This document shows, piece after piece, positions 1 to 5,152 of a DNA stretch of 6,466 nucleotides (the first letter of the stretch is position 1; each line of letters opens with the position of its first letter). A model generated the notes under the pieces. It did no database searches and had not been told where the DNA came from. It was given only the letters and a program-made list of their open reading frames with translations. This DNA is from a virus (Duplodnaviria > Heunggongvirae > Uroviricota > Caudoviricetes): the IMG/VR virus record IMGVR_UViG_2606217106_000014, positions 1-6,466 of that record; one strand, given 5' to 3'. The translations under genes and the position numbers were made by a program.

Positions 1-328
1 CACAAGCAACTGATAATGCCCCCGGAGCAGGAGCATCTGTAGCACAGCGCGGGGTGTCGATAAGTTCCACTGGAACCAGAGTCGGAGAGGCCGGAAAAGA
101 TTGTGATACTGTAGGGCCTACAATAGTTGGAGGCATTCTACGAGAAATACGTCCTTCTCTTTGCCAGAGGCGTAGCCATTTAAAAATCAGGTTGTTATCA
201 ACGCCATGTTCCCGGGCCAGTTGTGCAACATTGGCATTTGGTTTCGAAGCCAGTTCAACCATATGAAGTTTAAATTCATTAGAAAATATCCGGCGGGTTC
301 CGGAGCGCCAGTCTGTAGGTTTATCCAT
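1..328 (-). CDS. IS transposase OrfA-like helix-turn-helix protein, N-terminal part (gene continues past window start)
   Basis: Not in the ORF track because it has no stop in the window. Reverse-strand translation from ATG (complement of 326-328) gives MDKPTDWRSGTRRIFSNEFKLHMVELASKPNANVAQLAREHGVDNNLIFKWLRLWQREGR..., open to position 1. The pattern FSxEFK...VAQLAREHGV..NLIFKWLR is typical of IS OrfA HTH domains. GGAG lies 8 nt upstream on the minus strand. Confidence 0.6.
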   Translation of the reverse strand, partial: MDKPTDWRSGTRRIFSNEFKLHMVELASKPNANVAQLAREHGVDNNLIFKWLRLWQREGRISRRMPPTIVGPTVSQSFPASPTLVPVELIDTPRCATDAPAPGALSVAC

Positions 329-341
329 CAATAGAACTCCG

Positions 342-368
342 TCTAATTTAGAAGGAGCTCTAATTTAG
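342..368. repeat. Two exact 10-bp direct repeats TCTAATTTAG (342-351 and 359-368) separated by 7 bp
   Basis: Read directly from the sequence. They lie between the OrfA start and the putative IS terminus, so they may be subterminal transposase-binding repeats. Confidence 0.5.
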
Positions 369-473
369 TCTGCAAGGAGCAGGTGTTACAGACGGCATTG
401 GCTTTACGCTTACCTTACTCTGAACGCCCACCGCGTCCGTCCCGCACATTCCAGCAACGCATCTGGAGGTAAC

Positions 474-1520
474 GTGCGGGTATTACTTCGACCTGTTCTG
501 GTACCGGAACTCGGGCTGGTGATCGTTAAGCCGGGCCGTGAATCCATGCCGGTATTCCACAATACCCGGGTACTGGTGGAGCCGGAACCGAAAAGCATGC
601 GTAATCTGCCGTCCGGGGTCGTTCCTGCCGTTCGCCAGCCGCTGGCGGAGGATAAATCATTACTGCCATTTTTCAGCGACGAACGAGTGATTCGTGCTGC
701 TGGTGGCGCTGGCGCATTGTCTGACTGGTTACTGCGCCATGTTAAATCCTGCCAGTGGCCACACGGCGATTATCACCACAGTGAAACCGTCATTCACCGT
801 TATGGTACCGGCGCAATGGTGTTGTGCTGGCACTGCGACAACCAGCTGCGCGACCAGACCTCCGAATCACTCGGGCAACTTGCTCACCAAAACCTGTCTG
901 CATGGATGATTGACGTCATACGCCATGCAATGAATGGCTCGCAGGAACGGGAATTATCGCTGGCTGAATTATCCTGGTGGGCGGTCCGCAATCAGGTGGC
1001 GGACGCGCTACCGGAAGCGGTATTACGTCGTTCGCTGGGGTTGCGTGCGGAAAAAATCCGCTCAATGTACCGTGAAAGCGACATCGTACCGGGAGAGCAG
1101 ACCGCCACCAGCATACTGAAGCAGCGCACAAAAAATCTTGCGCCGCTGCCTCACGCCCACCAGCAAACCCCGCCACAGGAAAAGACGGTGGTCAGCATTG
1201 CTGTTGATCCGGAGTCTCCGGAATCTTTAATGAAGCGACCTAAACGTCGCCGTTGGGTAAATGAGAAATATACGCGCTGGGTAAAGACACAGCCGTGTGC
1301 GTGTTGTGGTAAGCCAGCCGACGATCCCCATCACCTGATTGGTCATGGTCAGGGCGGAATAGGGACAAAAGCCCACGATATTTTCACGCTACCGTTGTGT
1401 CGGGAGCATCACAACGAACTTCATGCTGATCCGCTGGCATTTGAAGAAAAGCATGGTTCCCAGATTGATTTAATTTTTCGTTTTCTTGATCGCGCCTTTG
1501 CAACCGGCGTGCTCGGGTAA
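474..1520 (+). CDS. DUF968-family prophage protein (YdfU-like) with C-terminal Cys/His HNH-like motif
   Basis: 348-aa ORF with GTG start preceded by GGAGG (465-469). C-terminus CACCGKPADDPHHLIGHGQGGIGTKAHDIFTLPLCREHHNELH has CxxC...HH...C..HH..H spacing resembling an HNH/zinc-finger nuclease fold. Position immediately upstream of rusA and Q matches lambdoid nin regions. Confidence 0.8.
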   Translation: MRVLLRPVLVPELGLVIVKPGRESMPVFHNTRVLVEPEPKSMRNLPSGVVPAVRQPLAEDKSLLPFFSDERVIRAAGGAGALSDWLLRHVKSCQWPHGDYHHSETVIHRYGTGAMVLCWHCDNQLRDQTSESLGQLAHQNLSAWMIDVIRHAMNGSQERELSLAELSWWAVRNQVADALPEAVLRRSLGLRAEKIRSMYRESDIVPGEQTATSILKQRTKNLAPLPHAHQQTPPQEKTVVSIAVDPESPESLMKRPKRRRWVNEKYTRWVKTQPCACCGKPADDPHHLIGHGQGGIGTKAHDIFTLPLCREHHNELHADPLAFEEKHGSQIDLIFRFLDRAFATGVLG

Positions 1521-1532
1521 AAGAGGTTACTG

Positions 1533-1907
1533 ATGCGTATAGAGTTTGTTTTGCCTTACCCGCCGACGGTGAACACCTACTGGCGTCGTCGTGGCAGCAC
1601 ATATTTTGTATCAAAAGCCGGTGAGCGTTATCGCCGGGATGTGGCACTTATTGTCCGCCAGCAGCGGCTGAAATTAAACCTGTCCGGAAGGCTGGCAATA
1701 AAAATTACTGCAGAGCCACCGGATAAGCGCCGTCGTGACCTGGACAATATTCTGAAAGCACCACTGGATGCACTGACGCATGCGGGGCTTCTCATAGACG
1801 ACGAGCAGTTTGATGAAATCAATATTGTGCGCGGTCAGGTCGTTCCCGGTGGGCGGTTGGGCGTGAAAATTTACGAAATAATGCATGACGGGCAGGTCAA
1901 AAAATGA
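1533..1907 (+). CDS. rusA: RusA-family Holliday junction resolvase (crossover junction endodeoxyribonuclease)
   Basis: 124-aa ORF with RBS AAGAGG (1521-1526). PPDKRRRDLDNILKAPLDALTHAGLLIDDEQ matches the RusA catalytic core of E. coli RusA ([30 protein letters not shown]), as recalled. Confidence 0.9.
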   Translation: MRIEFVLPYPPTVNTYWRRRGSTYFVSKAGERYRRDVALIVRQQRLKLNLSGRLAIKITAEPPDKRRRDLDNILKAPLDALTHAGLLIDDEQFDEINIVRGQVVPGGRLGVKIYEIMHDGQVKK

Positions 1908-2725
1908 AGCTGGAAGATTTACCGAAATACTATTCCCCGAAATCGCCTGGCCTGACCGATGCGTCCGCCTCGACATCAAAAGATGCGCTGAGTATCACTG
2001 ATGTGATGGCCGCGCAGGGCATGACACAAAATCGGGCTGAGATGGGTTTTTCTGCGTTCCTTAGGAAAATGGGCATTAGTATGAATGACAGAGAGCGGGC
2101 AACAGAATTGCTGACAGAATATGCACTCAGTCGGTGTGATCGCGTGGCGGCGTTAAGAAAACTCCCGGCAGAAATAAAACCGGTAGTGATGCGCATTATG
2201 GCTTCGTACGCTTTTGAGGATTATGCCCGCAGCGCAGCGAGTAAAAAGCAGTGCCCTTGTTGCTATGGGGAAAAATTTATTGAAAGCGTAGTTTTTACAA
2301 ACAAGGTCCAGTATCCGGATGGTAAGCCGCCGGTATGGGCAAAGTGTACGAAAGGTGTGTATCCGTCTTACTGGGAAGAATGGAAAAAAGTCAGGGAGGT
2401 GGTAAAAGTTGCCTGTCCGGAGTGTGGCGGAAAGGGTGAGGTTTCCACCGCCTGTAAGGATTGCCGTGGGCGTGGTGTCGCCATTCATCGTGAAGAGTCG
2501 GTAAAACGTGGTATGCCTGTTATCAGAGACTGCCAGCGTTGTGGTGGTCGTGGCTGTGAAAGACTACCATCAACGGAGGCATTTAATGCCATATGCAAAG
2601 TGACGAGTGCTATCACGCTTGATACGTGGAAAAAATCAGTGAAACGCTTTTACGATACGTTGGTGGTTCGGTTTGACATTGAAGAGGCATGGGCGGAGCG
2701 GCAGTTAAAGAGGGTAACGCGATAG
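1904..2725 (+). CDS. Q: Lambda-family late antiterminator Q with expanded CxxC zinc-binding region
   Basis: 273 aa. N-terminus (YYSPKSPGLTDASASTSKDALSITDVMAAQGM) and C-terminus (TWKKSVKRFYDTLVV...RVTR) align by eye with lambda Q. Four CxxC motifs, three of them CxxCxGxG (CPECGGKG, CKDCRGRG, CQRCGGRG). ATG overlaps the rusA stop (ATGA at 1904-1907). Confidence 0.85.
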   Translation: MKLEDLPKYYSPKSPGLTDASASTSKDALSITDVMAAQGMTQNRAEMGFSAFLRKMGISMNDRERATELLTEYALSRCDRVAALRKLPAEIKPVVMRIMASYAFEDYARSAASKKQCPCCYGEKFIESVVFTNKVQYPDGKPPVWAKCTKGVYPSYWEEWKKVREVVKVACPECGGKGEVSTACKDCRGRGVAIHREESVKRGMPVIRDCQRCGGRGCERLPSTEAFNAICKVTSAITLDTWKKSVKRFYDTLVVRFDIEEAWAERQLKRVTR

Positions 2726-2730
2726 TGTTG

Positions 2731-2775
2731 TTGATTTTTCCCGAATCTGTGGTAAATTTGCTCTAACGATGGGCG
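2731..2775 (+). promoter_or_regulatory. pR'-like late promoter with qut (Q-utilisation) site
   Basis: TTGATT (2731-2736), 16-bp spacer, extended -10 TGgTAAATT (2750-2758), then TGCTCTAACGATGGG. This closely resembles lambda pR' (TAAATTTGACTCAACGATGGG), including the AACGAT pause-inducing element (2765-2770). Sits directly downstream of Q. Confidence 0.7.
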
Positions 2776-2806
2776 TTTTATGCCTGACGTTATAAGATTT
2801 TTTACA

Positions 2807-2831
2807 CCCCGCCGCCTGGCGGGTTTTTTTA
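2807..2831 (+). terminator. tR'-like intrinsic terminator
   Basis: Stem CCCGCC (2808-2813) / GGCGGG (2818-2823), loop GCCT, then T7 (2824-2830). Predicts a short pR' transcript of about 65 nt. Confidence 0.75.
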
Positions 2832-2952
2832 TGACTGAAATCGCGTCAGTACAGTAAACGCGCTGGTGGCGGTGAATACCTGTCTTTCAGCTTGCTGGCT
2901 TTTTCGACAAGAGTTATTGGTGTGTCACGTTAACCGGAAAAGGGAAAAAGAC

Positions 2953-3150
2953 ATGCTAAAACAGCAGGATATGACAGAAACCGCCAGAGTAGTGTTTAAT
3001 GAATTAAGCGTTACCGAACCGGCGACAGTCGGGGAGATTGCACAGAATACTTACCTTTCACGCGAACGCTGCCAGTTAATACTGACCCAGCTGGTTATGG
3101 CGGGTCTGGCAGACTATCAGTTCGGTTGTTACAGACGCCTTCCGCAGTGA
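2953..3150 (+). CDS. Small hypothetical protein (65 aa), possible winged-helix DNA-binding protein
   Basis: ATG at 2953 preceded by AAAAGGGAAAAAGAC. Translation MLKQQDMTETARVVFNELSVTEPATVGEIAQNTYLSRERCQLILTQLVMAGLADYQ has an HTH-like segment (TVGEIAQNTYLSRERCQLIL). The track's upstream start at 2866 has no RBS. Function unknown. Confidence 0.45.
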   Translation: MLKQQDMTETARVVFNELSVTEPATVGEIAQNTYLSRERCQLILTQLVMAGLADYQFGCYRRLPQ

Positions 3151-3160
3151 AGGCTTTTTT
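3137..3160 (+). terminator. Intrinsic terminator overlapping the stop codon of the small ORF
   Basis: Stem GCCTTC (3137-3142) / GAAGGC (3149-3154), loop CGCAGT, then T6 (3155-3160) and ATTT. Confidence 0.65.
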
Positions 3161-3177
3161 ATTTGTGGTAAATGGGC

Positions 3178-3208
3178 GGCTGGTGGGTGTTAGGGGCACC
3201 CACCAGCC
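3178..3208. promoter_or_regulatory. Perfect 12-bp inverted repeat GGCTGGTGGGTG-N7-CACCCACCAGCC upstream of the methyltransferase
   Basis: Read directly. No T-run follows, so it is not a canonical terminator; could be an operator or RNA processing/stability element. It is preceded by TGTGGTAAAT (3164-3173), which duplicates the pR' -10 region (2748-2757). Confidence 0.4.
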
Positions 3209-3300
3209 ATCTGCTCATGCGTTGGGTTCACAAGCAAACCTCAGGCCCACTGCTTTGCGCAAAAGCAGAATGAGCCTATCAGAGACAGGCTTAATGATCC

Positions 3301-4350
3301 ATGCTTAATACTGTAAAAATATCCAGTTGTGAGTTAATCAACGCCGACTGCCTGGAATTTATCCGGTCGTTACCCGAAAATTCTGTTGACCTGATAGTCA
3401 CGGACCCGCCGTACTTTAAAGTGAAGCCTGAGGGCTGGGATAACCAGTGGAAGGGCGACGATGATTACCTGAAGTGGCTGGACCAGTGTCTGGCGCAGTT
3501 CTGGCGGGTGCTGAAACCTGCCGGAAGTCTTTACCTGTTCTGTGGTCATCGCCTGGCATCTGATATCGAAATCATGATGCGTGAACGCTTCAGTGTGCTG
3601 AACCATATTATCTGGGCGAAGCCGTCCGGACGCTGGAACGGATGCAACAAGGAAAGCCTGCGGGCGTATTTCCCCGCCACAGAGCGCATTCTGTTCGCGG
3701 AACATTATCAGGGGCCGTATCGTCCGAAAGATGCCGGGTATGCGGCGAAGGGCAGTGCACTGAAACAGCATGTGATGGCCCCGCTGATTTCTTACTTTCG
3801 TGATGCGCGCGCGGCCCTGGGGATAACGGCAAAACAGATTGCAGATGCCACAGGAAAGAAAAACATGGTGTCGCACTGGTTCAGTGCCAGTCAGTGGCAG
3901 TTGCCGAACGAAAGCGATTATCTGAAATTACAGGCGCTGTTTGCCCGGGTGGCAGAAGAGAAACATCAGCGCGGTGAACTGGAAAAGCCCCACCACCAGC
4001 TGGTGGATACGTATACGTCACTGAACCGGCAGTATGTGGAGCTGCAGAGTGAATATAAGCATCTGCGGCGGTATTTTGGTGTGACGGCGCAGGTGCCGTA
4101 CACGGATGTGTGGACACATAAACCGGTGCAGTTCTATCCCGGGAAACATCCGTGCGAAAAACCGGCAGAAATGCTGCAGCAGATAATCAGCGCAAGCAGT
4201 CGTCCGGGTGACCTGGTTGCAGATTTTTTTATGGGCTCAGGTTCAACGGTAAAGGCGGCTATGGCGCTTGGGCGTCGTGCAATTGGTGTTGAGCTGGAGA
4301 CCGGACGTTTTGAGCAGACAGTCAGGGAAGTTCAGGATTTAATCGTTTGA
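3301..4350 (+). CDS. Orphan DNA N6-adenine methyltransferase, beta class (N6_N4_Mtase type)
   Basis: 349 aa. Motif IV DPPY near the N-terminus (LIVTDPPYF) and motif I FxGxGS near the C-terminus (DFFMGSGSTVKAAMALGRRAIGVE), i.e. the permuted IV->TRD->I order of beta-class amino-MTases. No restriction endonuclease partner in the window. Confidence 0.9.
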   Translation: MLNTVKISSCELINADCLEFIRSLPENSVDLIVTDPPYFKVKPEGWDNQWKGDDDYLKWLDQCLAQFWRVLKPAGSLYLFCGHRLASDIEIMMRERFSVLNHIIWAKPSGRWNGCNKESLRAYFPATERILFAEHYQGPYRPKDAGYAAKGSALKQHVMAPLISYFRDARAALGITAKQIADATGKKNMVSHWFSASQWQLPNESDYLKLQALFARVAEEKHQRGELEKPHHQLVDTYTSLNRQYVELQSEYKHLRRYFGVTAQVPYTDVWTHKPVQFYPGKHPCEKPAEMLQQIISASSRPGDLVADFFMGSGSTVKAAMALGRRAIGVELETGRFEQTVREVQDLIV

Positions 4351-4399
4351 AACGGATGAGATTGCAGAATTAATTACGCACCATTATTATTCTGCTCCC

Positions 4400-4475
4400 G
4401 GCCCTTTAGCTCAGTGGTGAGAGCGAGCGACTCATAATCGCCAGGTCGCTGGTTCAAATCCAGCAAGGGCCACCA
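4400..4475 (+). tRNA. tRNA-Ile2 (anticodon CAU, ileX/ileZ-like; automated tools may call it Met)
   Basis: 76-nt cloverleaf: acceptor GGCCCTT/AAGGGCC, D-arm GCTC...GAGC, anticodon loop CTCATAA, T-arm GCTGG-TTCAAAT-CCAGC, discriminator A, encoded CCA. Near-identical in layout to E. coli ileX as recalled. Confidence 0.85.
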
Positions 4476-4482
4476 TCACATA

Positions 4483-4559
4483 CCGCCATTAGCTCATCAG
4501 GAAAGAGCGCCAGCCTTCGAAGCTGGTTGCGCGGAGTTCGGGTCCCCGAAGGCGGTCCA
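4483..4559 (+). tRNA. tRNA-Arg-like, apparent anticodon UCG, with non-canonical features
   Basis: D-arm GCTC...GAGC, anticodon stem CCAGC/GCTGG with loop CTTCGAA, T-loop TTCGGGT, 3' CCA. Acceptor CCGCCAT/AAGGCGG has one mismatch and starts with C; the T-stem has one mismatch. Boundaries +/- 2 nt. Confidence 0.6.
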
Positions 4560-4572
4560 TTATCTGTATCCT

Positions 4573-4649
4573 GCGTTGTTAGCTCAGCCGGACAGAGCAA
4601 TTGCCTTCTAAGCAATCGGTCACTGGTTCGAATACAGTAGAACGCGCCA
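4573..4649 (+). tRNA. tRNA-Arg (anticodon UCU)
   Basis: Acceptor GCGTTGT/AGAACGC (one mismatch), D-arm GCTC...GAGC, anticodon stem ATTGC/GCAAT with loop CTTCTAA, T-loop TTCGAAT, discriminator G, encoded CCA. Confidence 0.8.
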
Positions 4650-4664
4650 CACTTATTTTCCCTG

Positions 4665-4688
4665 GCTCGCTTTTGCGGGCTTTTTTTT
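4665..4688 (+). terminator. Intrinsic terminator downstream of the tRNA cluster
   Basis: Stem GCTCGC (4665-4670) / GCGGGC (4675-4680) with one G-U pair, loop TTTT, then T8 (4681-4688). Confidence 0.6.
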
Positions 4689-4900
4689 AAATGTCTCATA
4701 ATTCAGGCGGTTGACTGTTGTCTGGTTTGCGGGGAGTTTGTTAAAAGAAACTGGCATGGTGAATCCCCCTGTGCGGAGGGGCAATCAGCAACTGGTGTTT
4801 TGTCACCGACCCTTATCCTTTCTGTGCGGGTTCAGGTGCTGATACTGAACTCACCGGGAGGCACCCGGCACCATGCAATGGCACATAGCGCCACTCTCCA

Positions 4901-4925
4901 GCCCCTCTCCGGAGGGGCTTTCTTA
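4901..4925 (+). terminator. GC-rich hairpin with weak U-tract (terminator-like or RNA structural element)
   Basis: Perfect 8-bp stem AGCCCCTC (4901-4908) / GAGGGGCT (4913-4920), tetraloop TCCG, then TTCTT. Confidence 0.35.
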
Positions 4926-4930
4926 TGGAC

Positions 4931-4958
4931 AAAAAAATCCCGCGCTGGGAGACGCGGG
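4931..4958 (-). terminator. Minus-strand intrinsic terminator
   Basis: On the minus strand: stem CCCGCG (4958-4953) / CGCGGG (4944-4939), 8-nt loop, then A and T7 (4937-4931). Confidence 0.45.
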
Positions 4959-5152
4959 CGGCAAGGAATAAACAACAAAACGTGAAGTAATATTTCAGTT
5001 GGCGAATAATATCCGACAGTAATCACTCTGCGCAATAGCGCGGCCTTTTTCGTATTGCGGGCTGTTGTCTATCTTCTGCCATTGTCCTGTAACTTCCGGA
5101 CTTCAGCCCGCTCCTCATTTTACTCACAATATTATCCAGGCCGGGAGGATTC

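Larger units (their letters stand above)
1..413 (-). mobile_element. Left terminal portion of an insertion sequence (IS66-family-like), end placed approximately at 413
   Basis: Transposase OrfA reads outward-to-inward from about 413. On the minus strand the sequence at 413 downward reads GTAAGCGTAAAGCCAATG; IS66-family termini typically begin 5'-GTAA. Exact terminus and family are inferred, not verified. Confidence 0.4.

Noticed and set aside
54-266. 70-aa + strand ORF at the left edge
   Set aside because: Lies antisense to the transposase OrfA reading frame, which has a recognisable HTH signature and RBS; no RBS or recognisable motif for the + ORF.
410-598. 62-aa minus-strand ORF across the IS end and DUF968 start
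   Set aside because: Antisense to the DUF968 start region and crosses the putative IS terminus; no supporting signals.
694-1176. ORFs 694..909 (+), 934..1119 (+) and 916..1176 (-) inside the DUF968 gene
   Set aside because: Alternative-frame or antisense ORFs nested in a longer gene with coherent motifs; no RBS.
1384-2488. Minus-strand ORFs 1384..1647, 1628..1822, 1674..1979, 1930..2196, 2153..2488
   Set aside because: All antisense to the tightly packed DUF968-rusA-Q genes, which have clear homology; typical shadow ORFs.
2866-2952. Upstream start (2866) for the small ORF giving a 94-aa product
   Set aside because: No RBS, starts about 35 nt after tR'; the internal ATG at 2953 has an AG-rich RBS. 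Either start remains possible.
3126-3308. 60-aa + ORF spanning the small-ORF/MTase intergenic region
   Set aside because: Overlaps the terminator and inverted repeats, has no RBS, and has low-complexity composition.
3370-4117. Minus-strand ORFs 3370..3876, 3608..3832, 3881..4117
   Set aside because: Antisense to the methyltransferase, whose motifs IV and I are unambiguous.
4454-4699. 81-aa minus-strand ORF
   Set aside because: Overlaps all three tRNA genes and the downstream terminator; an artefact of the structured GC-rich tRNA sequence.
4756-5035. Short ORFs in the cargo slot (4800..4985 +, 4832..5035 -, 28-aa frame from ATG 4756)
   Set aside because: No convincing RBS, non-ATG or weak starts, and they run through hairpin or terminator structures; more likely noncoding. 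No stxA/stxB-like sequence found here.
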